This document shows positions 8,076 through 17,576 of a DNA stretch of 64,000 nucleotides, piece after piece. Location of the stretch: NCBI GenBank assembly GCA_963752285.1, contig CAVVXN010000001.1, forward strand, positions 192,253 through 256,252, written 5' to 3'. The position numbers and the translations under genes are program-made. The notes beneath the pieces were generated by a model that was not told where the DNA came from, did not search any database, and saw only the letters and a list, made by a program, of their open reading frames with translations. Numbering within the stretch: the stretch's first letter is position 1; the number at the start of each line of letters is the position of its first letter. Origin of the DNA: an uncultured Planctomycetota bacterium (GTDB lineage: Bacteria; Planctomycetota; PLA2; JAEUHO01).

Positions 8076-9260
8076 CTACTGGTCGGATACCTCCCGCCCG
8101 GCGGTCGCCGGAGCATCCGGGGGGAACGTCCCTTCCAGCACCGAGGCGTAGACGGCCTCGTACTGGGGGACGACGGCGTCCCGGGAGAAACGCTCCACCG
8201 CGGAGCGCCGAGCGGCCGCCTTCAGGCGGGCGAGCCGTTCGCGGTCCTCGAGGAGGTCCGCGGCCCGTTCGCCGAGGTCGTCGATCGCCTCCTCCGGCAC
8301 GAGGAGGCCGTCCACGTCGTCCCGGACGACCTCGGGCAGGCCGCCGGCCCGCGTCACGATCGGCACCACGCCGCAGGCCATGGCCTCGAGCGCGGCCAGG
8401 CCGAACGACTCGTACTCGCTCGGGAGGAACAGCACGTCCGCCGCGGGCAGGAGCGTCTCGACGTTGGCCTGGGCGCCGAGGAATCGCGTGCTCGACCGGA
8501 GCCCGAGGTCCCGCGCGCGCGCCTCGCAGGGCGCCCGATCCGGGCCGTCGCCGATCATCAGGAGCGTCGCCGGACCGCGCGCCCGCACCCGCGCGAAGGC
8601 CTCCACGACCTTCACGGCGCGCTTCACGGGGCGGAAGTTGCTCATGTGGACAACGACCGGCTCACCGCGCGGGGCGAAGCAGGTCTTGACGCTCGGCGAG
8701 ACGTCGGGACGGAACCGCTCGGGGTCCACGAAGTTCGTGATGACCTCGATGGGGCGGTCCACGTCGAAGATGCGTCGGGTCTCCTTCTCGAGGTAGCTCG
8801 ACACGCAGGTGACCGCGTCGCTCGCGAGCAACGCGTGGCGTGTCACGCGCGCGTACGAACGGTCCTGGCCCACGATGGTGATGTCGGTTCCATGGAGCGT
8901 GGTGACGACCGGGAAGGGCCGCGGTTTGAGGATGTCCTTCACGAGCAGCGCCGCGATGGCGTGCGGGATCGCATAGTGCACGTGCACGAGGTCGAGAGAC
9001 GCTTCCTCGGCGACGTCCGCGAGGCGCGAGGCGAGCGCGAGGTCGTACGGGGGATAGCGGAAGAGCGGATACGAGGAGACCTCGACCTCGTGGAGCCGGA
9101 TGTGCTCGTCGAAGACATCGAGGCGCGCGGGCGGCGCGTACGAGACGAGGTGCACCTCGTGACCGTGGAGAGCGAGACCGCGGCCGAGCTCGGTCGCCAC
9201 GACGCCCGAGCCGCCGAAGGTCGGATAGCAGACGATGCCGATCCTCACAGCACCGCCCAT
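8076..9260 (-). CDS. bshA: N-acetyl-alpha-D-glucosaminyl L-malate synthase (GT4 glycosyltransferase), BshA
   Basis: IGIVCYPTFGGSGVVATELGRGLALHGHEVHLV is a BshA-type N-terminus, and EYESFGLAALEAMACGVPIV is the GT4 motif. Adjacent to bshB and bshC. ATG 9260 overlaps the bshB stop by 16 nt. Confidence 0.8.
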   Translation of the reverse strand: MGGAVRIGIVCYPTFGGSGVVATELGRGLALHGHEVHLVSYAPPARLDVFDEHIRLHEVEVSSYPLFRYPPYDLALASRLADVAEEASLDLVHVHYAIPHAIAALLVKDILKPRPFPVVTTLHGTDITIVGQDRSYARVTRHALLASDAVTCVSSYLEKETRRIFDVDRPIEVITNFVDPERFRPDVSPSVKTCFAPRGEPVVVHMSNFRPVKRAVKVVEAFARVRARGPATLLMIGDGPDRAPCEARARDLGLRSSTRFLGAQANVETLLPAADVLFLPSEYESFGLAALEAMACGVVPIVTRAGGLPEVVRDDVDGLLVPEEAIDDLGERAADLLEDRERLARLKAAARRSAVERFSRDAVVPQYEAVYASVLEGTFPPDAPATAGREVSDQ

Positions 9261-9985
9261 CCGCGCTTGCGGAGTGCCGAGACTGGATCGTCGAGCGCGA
9301 TCACCCGCTCCGCGACGTACGGCTCCGCCCACGCCGCGCCGACGCGCGCGCCCCAGTACGCGAATCGCGCCTCGTACCGCCGCATGAAGTCGGGCGAGGA
9401 GAGGTTCGTCGCGGGTCCGCCGTCGGAGGGCCGCCCGAGCTGCGACGCGTAGCAGCTCACGAGCTCGCGCCGCCGCTCCCAAACGTCCGACACGTCGATC
9501 ACGAACGTCGGCGGCGGCTCGAGGTGCCCAAGGTAGTGGAGGATCGCATCGGGACGGTGCGGGGGGAGCCCGTCCACGTCGATCCCGGCGATGGTGGAGA
9601 GGTAGTACGCGCGCTTCACCAGCGCCGCGCCGGCCACGTGGTCGGGATGGAGGTCCACCGGCGCGGGCGCGAGCACGACGCGCGGGCGCCAGCGTCGGAT
9701 CGCCGCGATCGCGGGCCGCGTCGCCTCCGGCGTCGCGACGACGGCGCCGTCGGGAAGCCCGAGGTTCTCCCGCGCGACGAGTCCCATCAGCTTCGTGGCG
9801 CGCGCCGACTCCGCACGCCGCGTCTCGGGAGTGCCCCGGCTGGCGGACTCGCCCGCGGTCAGGTCCACGACGACCGTGCGGCGGCCCTCGTCACGAAGGC
9901 GGAGCATCCAGCCCCCCGCGCAGAGCTCGACGTCGTCGGGGTGCGGGCCGAAGGCCAGCACGTCGATCGGCTCGGGTCTCTCCAA
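9245..9985 (-). CDS. bshB: LmbE/PIG-L family deacetylase, BshB1-like
   Basis: VLAFGPHPDDVELCAGG and HPDH motifs. TTG start with a strong SD (AGGAGG, 7 nt upstream). Confidence 0.8.
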   Translation of the reverse strand: MERPEPIDVLAFGPHPDDVELCAGGWMLRLRDEGRRTVVVDLTAGESASRGTPETRRAESARATKLMGLVARENLGLPDGAVVATPEATRPAIAAIRRWRPRVVLAPAPVDLHPDHVAGAALVKRAYYLSTIAGIDVDGLPPHRPDAILHYLGHLEPPPTFVIDVSDVWERRRELVSCYASQLGRPSDGGPATNLSSPDFMRRYEARFAYWGARVGAAWAEPYVAERVIALDDPVSALRKRGWAVL

Positions 9986-9996
9986 GGTCCTGCCTC

Positions 9997-11655
9997 CTAT
10001 CCGCCCGCGCCGAGAAGGTGCACCAGATGGTGGCCCTCGGCGAGCGGATCGAGGCCGGCGAGCCCCTCGCGAAACGCCTCGACCCCGTGCCGGGCGACGA
10101 GCGACAGAGGCGAGAGGACCCGCTCCTGGGGGCGATCGCGCGGCCAGAGCCAGTCGTGGAGGCGCCGGCGGCGGTCCGCACCGACCCCCCGGTCCCGGTC
10201 GAAGGCGGCGAGGACCGACGGGGCCGACTCCCGCGCCGCCCCGGCGACGCGCTCCCCGGCGCGGGCGAGCGCGCGGGCCACCTCGCCACCGCCCTGCACG
10301 TAGGGGCGAAGGTCCTCAGTCTCTGTCCCGAGGCGCGCGGCCCACGCCGCGAGCGCGCGCTCGAGCGCCGCGCGCTCCTCGGCGTCGGGGACCGCGGACC
10401 GGTCCAGGAGCGCGGGGTCCGAGAGCAGAGCCGCGAGGTCGAGACCGAACGCCCGGACGTTCTTCTCGATCTTCGGCTCGAGCCAGGTGGCGGCGGGACG
10501 CGGCACCGCGAGCGAGGGTCCGAGCCCGACCGCGGGGCGGGCCGCGGCGACCTCGGCGTGGTACGCGAGCTCGGTCGGGCCGCCGACGTAGGCGAGCACG
10601 GGGAGGAGGAGGTCCTGGACGAGGACGCGACCGGCGGCGTCGCCGGACGCGAGGAACGGATCCTCGCGGATGCGCCGCGCCACCTCCGCCACGTCGAGAC
10701 CCGAGGCGCGCCCGCGGAGGAGGACCTCGCCCCCCGGGGTGACGGTCACGCGGAGTCGGGGGCCGCCGCGCTCCTCGCGGAGGAAGAGCGGCGCCTCGCC
10801 GGGCGCCGGGGCGAGCGGCGCGGCGAGCCCGGCCGCCTCGAGCGCGCGGCGGGCGCCGTCGAGCGCCGCGCGGACCTCGGCGTGGCGCTCGAGGAGGCGC
10901 GCGAGCGCGTCGCCCGCGAACGGCAGGAGGACCGGCGGCTCGACGATCACCAGGCCCGCGTCGCCGAGGAGCGACGCGAGCTGGCGCGCCGACCACGTCG
11001 CCAGGTCCTCGCCCTCGTCCGGTTCCGGCAGGGACGCGAGGGCGGCGCGCGCGCGTTCGGTGTCGGGTAGGATGCCCGCCACCTCCTCGCGGAGCGCGGC
11101 GGCGGCCGCGCGGTCCACGGTTCGGTCCATCAGGCTCCGCCCGTCGGCCTCGCCAGGCAGCGAGAGACGGCGCGGACGCCCGTCCCGGTCGAGGAGGCAC
11201 GCGCGGTTCGCCTCGTCGAAGTCGTGGTCCTCGGAGGCGAGCCAGAAGACCGGTACGACGGGCCGACCGTCGAGCGCGGCGAGACGGCGCGCGAGGTGGA
11301 TCGCGCCCGCCGCCTTGTGAAAGGTCATGAGCGGCCCGCCGAGGAGGCCGGGCTGCTGTCCCGTCACCACCGCGACGGCGTCCGGCTCCGCGAGCGCGCG
11401 GGCCGCGGCGACGGCGCGCGGCCCGAGGCCCAACGCGGTCTGACGGGCCGCGACGGCCAGGACGAGGTCGGCCGGCGGACGCGAAGCCTCCCGCCGCGCC
11501 CGGGTGAGCGCCGTCCCCCAGGCCGCGTCGTCCCTCGGCAGCACAGGGAGGAAGCGCGACGCCGGACCCTCGCCCCGGAGCAGCGCGGCGGGGAACGGGC
11601 CGGGCGACGGCGCGCGGTCCGGCGGGATGCGCTCGATCCGGGCCGCCTCGCCCAC
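9997..11655 (-). CDS. bshC: bacillithiol biosynthesis cysteine-adding enzyme BshC
   Basis: VVTGQQPGLLGGPLMTFHKAAGAIHLARRL and VFWLASEDHDFDE signatures. About 550 aa. GTG start 6 nt after the upstream gene's stop. Confidence 0.8.
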   Translation of the reverse strand: MGEAARIERIPPDRAPSPGPFPAALLRGEGPASRFLPVLPRDDAAWGTALTRARREASRPPADLVLAVAARQTALGLGPRAVAAARALAEPDAVAVVTGQQPGLLGGPLMTFHKAAGAIHLARRLAALDGRPVVPVFWLASEDHDFDEANRACLLDRDGRPRRLSLPGEADGRSLMDRTVDRAAAAALREEVAGILPDTERARAALASLPEPDEGEDLATWSARQLASLLGDAGLVIVEPPVLLPFAGDALARLLERHAEVRAALDGARRALEAAGLAAPLAPAPGEAPLFLREERGGPRLRVTVTPGGEVLLRGRASGLDVAEVARRIREDPFLASGDAAGRVLVQDLLLPVLAYVGGPTELAYHAEVAAARPAVGLGPSLAVPRPAATWLEPKIEKNVRAFGLDLAALLSDPALLDRSAVPDAEERAALERALAAWAARLGTETEDLRPYVQGGGEVARALARAGERVAGAARESAPSVLAAFDRDRGVGADRRRRLHDWLWPRDRPQERVLSPLSLVARHGVEAFREGLAGLDPLAEGHHLVHLLGAGG

Positions 11656-11661
11656 GACGCC

Positions 11662-12444
11662 TCAGCGCACCCGGCGCGCCACGCGGATCCAGCGCGGGGC
11701 GTCGGCGTGGAGGGGATTCCCCTCGAAGTCGCCGTACGGCTCTCCCTCGACCGCGAATCCCGCTTCCTCGAGGAGCGCGTCGAGCTCGGACGACGTGTAG
11801 AGCCGGACGCGCTCTTCGTAGCTCCGCTCGACGTGCCCCGTGTCCCGGAGCATCGCCGTCACCGTCTTCCGAACGACGGGGCCTCCGGGCGTGCTCTCGT
11901 CGATCTCGCGCTCGAGGCGGAAGCGGTAGCGACCACGCGTGATCTCGGTGACGGGCTCGAGCGCGCGACGGACGGCGTCGGCGTTCAGGTAGTCGATGAG
12001 GAACCGCCCGCCCGCGACGAGCGCCCGGTTCACGCCCTGCATGATCGCGAGATCGTCTGCTCGCTGCTCGAAGTACCCCAACGACGTGAAGAGCGACACC
12101 GCGGCCTCGAACTGCATGAAGAAGGGGAGCTGTCGGATGTCCCAGCGGACGTAGTCGGGCGCGCCGGGGAGGTCCGCGCTGCGCTCGCGCGCCTCCTCGA
12201 GGAGTTCCGCCGACAGGTCCACGCCGGTCACCTGGAGTCCGCGTCGTCCGAGCGCGCGCGCGTACCGGCCGGCGCCGCACGCGACGTCGAGCACGCGCTG
12301 CCCCGCGCGGAGCCCGAGGAGGCGCAGGATCTCGGGCGCGTGCCGCTCCGCCTCCTCGTCGTCCCGGTGGGGGTAGAGGTGGAGGTACAGGCGGTCGAAC
12401 GCCCGGACGAACCAGGGCGCGTCAGACACGGACGACGGCGGCAT
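11662..12444 (-). CDS. class I SAM-dependent methyltransferase (candidate bacillithiol N-methyltransferase)
   Basis: VLDVACGAGRYARALGRRGLQVTGVDLS motif I. Lies directly upstream of bshC. Start at ATG 12444 or GTG 12429. Confidence 0.75.
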   Translation of the reverse strand: MPPSSVSDAPWFVRAFDRLYLHLYPHRDDEEAERHAPEILRLLGLRAGQRVLDVACGAGRYARALGRRGLQVTGVDLSAELLEEARERSADLPGAPDYVRWDIRQLPFFMQFEAAVSLFTSLGYFEQRADDLAIMQGVNRALVAGGRFLIDYLNADAVRRALEPVTEITRGRYRFRLEREIDESTPGGPVVRKTVTAMLRDTGHVERSYEERVRLYTSSELDALLEEAGFAVEGEPYGDFEGNPLHADAPRWIRVARRVR

Positions 12445-13306
12445 GGAGCTCCTCCTTGGCGTGGCGCGCGGCGGCGGCGACCGCGTCGCGCCAGGAGCCC
12501 GAGGCGACGGGCGGATGGATGATGCTGCGGGACGCATTCACGATCATCCCGCTGCCGTCCGGGCGGCAGCCGGACACCACGTCGGTGGCGGTGGCCCCCT
12601 GCGCGCCGTAGCCGGGGACCAGGAACCCTGCGTCGGGCAACAGCGCGCGGAGCTCGGCGAGCGCCTCCGGGGCCGTCGCACCGACCACCGCGCCGACGGG
12701 GGGGAAGCCGGACCCGCCGCCTCCCGCGCGCGCGCCCAGTCGCTCGACGAGACGCGCGGTCTCGACGAAGAGCGGCCGGCCGGACGCTCCGACCGGCAGC
12801 TCCTGGAGGTCGCGCGCGCCGGGGTTGCTCGTCCGCACGAGCACGTAGATCGCCTTGCCGTTTCGGGCCGCGACGTCCACGAACGGCTCGAGGGCGTCGG
12901 CGCCGAGGTACGGGTTCACGGTGATCGCGTCCACCTCGAGGTCGCCGCCGGGCTCGAGGTGACCCGCGGCGTAGGCCGCGGCCGTGCTCCCGATGTCGCC
13001 TCGCTTCACGTCGCCGATCACGGGGACGCCGAGGCGACGTGCCTCCTTCAGGATCGCGACGTACGCGCGAAGCCCCGCGAGGCCGTGCGCCTCGAAGAAC
13101 GCGATCTGCGGCTTCACGCAGGCCGCGTGCTCGCGCGTCAGCTCGAGGATCTCGCAGCCGAACCGGGCGAGGATCGACTCGACGTCGCCGCCGGCGCGCC
13201 GGCGGACCTCCTCCGGGATCTTCTCGAGGCGCGGGTCGATGCCGACCGCGAGGATCGTCTCGCGGCGCTGCCGGGCCTCCTCCATCCGCTCGAAGAACGC
13301 GCTCAT
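12422..13306 (-). CDS. pyrF: orotidine 5'-phosphate decarboxylase (type 2)
   Basis: ILAVGIDP, FFEAHG and VIGDVKRGDIGSTAAAYA motifs. ATG 13306 (MSAFFERM). Confidence 0.85.
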   Translation of the reverse strand: MSAFFERMEEARQRRETILAVGIDPRLEKIPEEVRRRAGGDVESILARFGCEILELTREHAACVKPQIAFFEAHGLAGLRAYVAILKEARRLGVPVIGDVKRGDIGSTAAAYAAGHLEPGGDLEVDAITVNPYLGADALEPFVDVAARNGKAIYVLVRTSNPGARDLQELPVGASGRPLFVETARLVERLGARAGGGGSGFPPVGAVVGATAPEALAELRALLPDAGFLVPGYGAQGATATDVVSGCRPDGSGMIVNASRSIIHPPVASGSWRDAVAAAARHAKEELHAAVVRV

Positions 13307-13394
13307 GGTCCGCGTGACTCTACCGCCGCGCGGCGCGACGCCCCCGCCGAGCCCGAGCCCCCGGGCCTCGCGGCGGCGTCCGGCCGCGCGGCCC

Positions 13395-14105
13395 TCATCG
13401 CACGACGCGCCCCGACGCGCGCGGGCGCGCGCCCGCGCGACGGAGGAACGCGGCAACGATGCGCGGCCCGAGGGGCGTCAGGTAGCTCTCGGGATGGAAT
13501 TGGACGCCCTCCACGGGGTGCGATCGATGGCGGAGCGACATCACGTCGCCCTCGCTCGACCACGCGGTGGCCTCGAGGCCCCGGCCCGGTCGCGCCGGAT
13601 CCACCACGAGCGAGTGGTACCGCGCCGCGGGGAAGGGCGACGGGAGGCCGCGGAGGAGACCGGCGCCCTCGTGCCGGACCAGGTCGGCGGACCCGTGGAG
13701 CGGGCGGCGCGCGGTCGAGATCCGTCCGCCGTACGCCACGGCGATCGCCTGGTGGCCGAGGCAGATCCCGAGCACCGGGACCCGGGGCCCGAGGCGCCGG
13801 ATCAGCTCGACGCTCACGCCCGCGTTCTCGGGGCGGCCGGGGCCCGGCGAGATCACCAGCGCCCGCCAGGCGCCGCGGGCGAGCTCCGCCGCGGAGGCCT
13901 CGTCGTTGCGCACGACCTCGACGGGCTGGCCGAGCTGTACGAGGAGGTGGACCGCGTTCACGACGAAGGAGTCGTAATTGTCGATCACGAGAACGCGCGG
14001 ACCGCGCGGGGGCCTGTCCCCCTCGGTGGTCCACGACCGTGGAGCCCTCGTGGAGGAGGCGACGCAACCCGTTCCCAGTCCACGCTTCCCGCTGTCTCGT
14101 GCCAT
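13395..14105 (-). CDS. trpG: anthranilate / aminodeoxychorismate synthase component II (class I glutamine amidotransferase)
   Basis: VLVIDNYDSFVVN, VISPGPGRP, GICLGHQAI and QFHPES triad motifs. ATG 14105 chosen; an internal GTG just before IDNYD is also possible. Confidence 0.85.
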   Translation of the reverse strand: MARDSGKRGLGTGCVASSTRAPRSWTTEGDRPPRGPRVLVIDNYDSFVVNAVHLLVQLGQPVEVVRNDEASAAELARGAWRALVISPGPGRPENAGVSVELIRRLGPRVPVLGICLGHQAIAVAYGGRISTARRPLHGSADLVRHEGAGLLRGLPSPFPAARYHSLVVDPARPGRGLEATAWSSEGDVMSLRHRSHPVEGVQFHPESYLTPLGPRIVAAFLRRAGARPRASGRVVR

Positions 14106-14270
14106 GGTGGAGAACGCGCTGCGCCGGGGCGGGGAGGAGCACACCGACCGCGCGCGCGCACCCCGCGACGCTCCCAGGTCGAACGTGTCCTGGATCATCC
14201 CTGCGGGCTCCCGGTCCCCCGGCCGGCGCGCGCTCGCAGCACACCGGGCGGGGCGGCCTACGATACGCCG

Positions 14271-15422
14271 ATGTCGATCGAGCCCCGCGTCTACCTCGAT
14301 CACGCCGCGTCCACGCCGATCCGGTCGGACGTCCTCGCCGCCGTCACCGAAGCGCTCGCCGCACCCGGGAACCCCGGGAGCGCGCACGCGGAGGGCCGCG
14401 CGCAGAAGGACCGTCTGGAGTCCGCACGGAGCCGGGTCGCGGCGGCGTGGGGCGCGCGGCCCCGCGAGGTGGTGTTCACCGCGTCCGGAACCGTCGCGGC
14501 ACAGCTCGCACTGGTCGGCGCCGCGCGCGCGGGGCGCGCGCGCTCGCCCCGCGTCGTCCTCTCCGCGATCGAGCACCCGGCGGTGGCCGACGCCGGCGAC
14601 CTCCTCGCCGCCGAGGGGTTCGAGGTCCTACGGGTCCCGCCCGACGCGGACGGGCTCGTGCCGGCGGCCGCCTTCTCGGGGGCGCTGGAGGACGGCGCGG
14701 CGGTGGCCGCGCTCCTCCTCGCGAACCACGAGACCGGCGCGGTCCAGCCCGTCCTCGAGGTCGCCGCCTCCGCGCGCGCGCGGGGCGTGCCCCTCCTGGT
14801 GGACGCCTGTCTCGGACCCGGGCGCGTCGCCTCGCGCCCCGCCGACCTCGGCGCCGACCTCCTGGTCGCCTCGTCGCACAAGCACGGCGGCCCGGCCGGC
14901 GTGGGCCTCCTCTACGTGCGACGGGGCGTCCGGCTCGAGCCGCTCTGGCGCGGGGGACGGCAGGAGGAGGGGCTCCACGCCGGTACGGAGGCGGTGGCGC
15001 TCGCCGTGGGCGCGTCGATCGCGATCGAACGGGCGATCGAGGAGACCGACACGCGCGCGTCGCGCGACGCGGCCCTCCTCGCCGAGGTGCTCGCCGCGCT
15101 CGCGGACGTGCCGCGCTGGCGCCCGGTCGCGCCCGCGGCGCACACGCTGCCGGGCTGGGCGACGATCGAGGTCGCCGGCGTCGAAGGCGAGGCGGCGATG
15201 ATCAACCTGGACCTCGCCGGCGTCTCCGTAGCGACGGGCAGCACGTGCGCGCTCGGCGCCGCCGAACCCGCAGCGTCCCTCCTGGCGATGGGCTTCACGC
15301 ACGCGCGCGCGGCGAGCACGCTTCGTATCACGACCGGTGAAGGCGTGACCACGAACGGCGCGCGACGTGCAGGTCGGGCGCTTCGAGACACGATCGAGAG
15401 GCTCCGGCGACTCGCGAGATGA
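14271..15422 (+). CDS. cysteine desulfurase (class V aminotransferase, NifS/IscS-like)
   Basis: VYLDHAASTP, SSHKHGGPAGVGLLYVR (PLP lysine) and the TGSTCA active-site Cys loop. Confidence 0.85.
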   Translation: MSIEPRVYLDHAASTPIRSDVLAAVTEALAAPGNPGSAHAEGRAQKDRLESARSRVAAAWGARPREVVFTASGTVAAQLALVGAARAGRARSPRVVLSAIEHPAVADAGDLLAAEGFEVLRVPPDADGLVPAAAFSGALEDGAAVAALLLANHETGAVQPVLEVAASARARGVPLLVDACLGPGRVASRPADLGADLLVASSHKHGGPAGVGLLYVRRGVRLEPLWRGGRQEEGLHAGTEAVALAVGASIAIERAIEETDTRASRDAALLAEVLAALADVPRWRPVAPAAHTLPGWATIEVAGVEGEAAMINLDLAGVSVATGSTCALGAAEPAASLLAMGFTHARAASTLRITTGEGVTTNGARRAGRALRDTIERLRRLAR

Positions 15423-15685
15423 CGTTCGCCTGCGAAGGCGGATTTCCGGGCTTCCGTCGAGACGCATCGTTCGACGCCCTAGAACACGCCCCGGGCGACA
15501 CTTGGTTGACGACCGAAGTGGACGCGCCTACGTTGCGCGCCTCACGCTCACGTCGAGCAGGTCGCAGCCGAGGGACTGCGACCCTCGCATCGCGAGCGAC
15601 GTCGGTGAGTCGGGGACACGCACGGGCAGGGTGCGGGTCGTCGTCGGGTGTTTCGAGGCGGGCGGGATCGGAACGGAGGCTACGC

Positions 15686-17110
15686 ATGGGCGAGGTGAGC
15701 GTGCCGGTGGACCGTCGTCGAGGAAGCGACGGGTTCTCTCGGCTCCTCGAGGCGATTCGCAAGCGGGTCAACAAGCAGCAGTACGCGACGTGGTTCCAGC
15801 GCACCACGCTCGTGAGCTGGGAGCCCGGCCATCTCGTGATCGGCCTCCCCAACCGGTTCTACGAGGAGTGGTTCCAGCGTCACTTCCGCGGTCTGATCGA
15901 GCGTGCCGCGGAGGAGCTCGGCGAGGCGCCGATGCGCGTGGGGTTCGAGGTCGTCGAGGGCCCGCCCTCGGCGGGCGACGAGGCGGAGGCCCGCACGGCG
16001 CCCGCGCGGGCCCCCTCTCCCTCGTCGCCCGAAGCGTCGGCGGCGCCAGAGCTCGTGACCGCGCCCGCCGCGGCCGCCGCCGGGTTCGGCCTCCGTCTGA
16101 ACGAGCTCTACACATTCGACAACTTCATCATCGGTCCGAGCAACCGTGTCGCGGCGGCAAGCGCCCGCGCGGTCGCGAACGATCCCGGGCGCGCGTACAA
16201 CCCGCTCTTCCTGCACGGCTCGGTGGGGCTCGGCAAGACCCACCTCCTCCACGCCGTCTGTCACGCCTTCCTCTCGGGCCGTGGTGGGCAACGAATCTGC
16301 TTCCTCTCGTGCGAGGAGTTCACGAACGAGTTCGTCCAGGCCCTCCAACGACACGATCTGGAGACGTTCCGACAGCGCTTCCGCAACGTGGACCTGCTCG
16401 TCATCGACGACATCCACTTCCTGGTCGGGAAGGAACGCATCCAGGACGAGTTCTTCCACACCTTCAACCGCCTCTACCAGACCCATCACCAGATCGTGCT
16501 GTCGAGCGACGCCCCGCCGACCGAGATCCCCACCCTCCAGGACCGCCTCGTCAGCCGGTTCAAGTGGGGTCTCGTGGCGAACATCGACAAGCCCGAGATG
16601 GAGACGCGGATGGCCATCGTCCAGCGCAAGACGAACCTGCTGGGCATGGCGGTCCCGAACGACGTGGTCGAGTTCATCGCGGCGAACTTCAGGAACAACA
16701 TCCGCGAGCTCGAGGGCGCCCTGCACAGCGTGACGGCGCGCGCGGGCGTCCTGAACGTGCCGATCGACCTGACCCTCGCCCAGGAGGCGCTCGAACCGTC
16801 ACTCCTCGGGGGCCGGCCCCCGATGACGCTGGACCGCATCACGGAGGCCGTGGCGGCGCACTACCAGGTCAAGATCTCGGACCTGCGTTCGAAGCGACGG
16901 AGCCGGAGCGTCTCGACCCCCCGGCAGATCGTGATGTACCTGGCGCGCGAGACCACGGACCTCTCGCTCGATGAGATCGGCGATCACTTCGGTGGACGGG
17001 ACCACAGCACGGTCCTCTACGCGATCCGCCGGATCCGGGACCAGGTCGAGTCCGACACGCGTTTTGCCGCCGAGGTCGGCCGCCTCCGGGACCGCCTGGG
17101 CGCCCGTTGA
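15686..17110 (+). CDS. dnaA: chromosomal replication initiator DnaA
   Basis: FDNFIIGPSNRVA, YNPLFLHGSVGLGKTHLLHA (Walker A), DLLVIDDIHFL, box VII/VIII and the C-terminal DNA-binding signature HSTVLYAIRRI. GGAGG SD 6 nt upstream of ATG 15686. Confidence 0.95.
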   Translation: MGEVSVPVDRRRGSDGFSRLLEAIRKRVNKQQYATWFQRTTLVSWEPGHLVIGLPNRFYEEWFQRHFRGLIERAAEELGEAPMRVGFEVVEGPPSAGDEAEARTAPARAPSPSSPEASAAPELVTAPAAAAAGFGLRLNELYTFDNFIIGPSNRVAAASARAVANDPGRAYNPLFLHGSVGLGKTHLLHAVCHAFLSGRGGQRICFLSCEEFTNEFVQALQRHDLETFRQRFRNVDLLVIDDIHFLVGKERIQDEFFHTFNRLYQTHHQIVLSSDAPPTEIPTLQDRLVSRFKWGLVANIDKPEMETRMAIVQRKTNLLGMAVPNDVVEFIAANFRNNIRELEGALHSVTARAGVLNVPIDLTLAQEALEPSLLGGRPPMTLDRITEAVAAHYQVKISDLRSKRRSRSVSTPRQIVMYLARETTDLSLDEIGDHFGGRDHSTVLYAIRRIRDQVESDTRFAAEVGRLRDRLGAR

Positions 17111-17576
17111 TGCCGGGTGCCGCGGGCCGCACGCAGAAGCCCTTGTCTCCCAAGGGCTTGAGGGTGCACCGTGCCCTCTCCGAGGTGCGGCCTGCCCACG
17201 CCGGGAGCGTCCGATTCCGGTGGAGAACCGGGGAGCCGCGGGGAGGCCGGTGGGGAGAGCGCGCGGAGTACCGTGACCCGGGTCGCCGGGGGGCTCCGGA
17301 AGGGCTGAAATCCCTGTCTCTCCACCCTCGGGACCGTACAATGTGGGACTCTTCCCCAGCGCCTTTCCACCGTCGCGACACACGTCGCAAATCGTTGGCG
17401 GCCAAGGGCTTCGAAGGACGCGCCACGGTGGCGATCGGGAATCCGACGCGGATCGAGACGACGACGACGAACCATCTATCTCCTTCTCTTCGTACCCGTC
17501 GGGAGAAGGCTCGGACGAGACGGGCGGACCGATGCGAGGTACCCCCCTCCGCGTCGCCGTCGAGGGGGTCCTCCCA
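17111..17576. other. candidate oriC (dnaA-dnaN spacer with DnaA-box-like motifs and local AT-rich stretch)
   Basis: 466-bp non-coding spacer. TCCAC-core boxes: TTCTCCACC (17219-17227, minus), CTCTCCACC (17318-17326), CTTTCCACC (17363-17371) and AGTCCCACA (17342-17350, minus). CCAAGGGCTT occurs at 17150 and 17402. The least GC-rich stretch is ACCATCTATCTCCTTCTCTTCGTA at about 17471-17494. Confidence 0.45.
17137..17159 (+). terminator. hairpin directly after dnaA stop (AAGCCCTTG-tctcc-CAAGGGCTT)
   Basis: 9-bp perfect stem with a 5-nt loop, 27 nt after the dnaA stop. There is no T-tract, so terminator function is uncertain. Confidence 0.4.
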
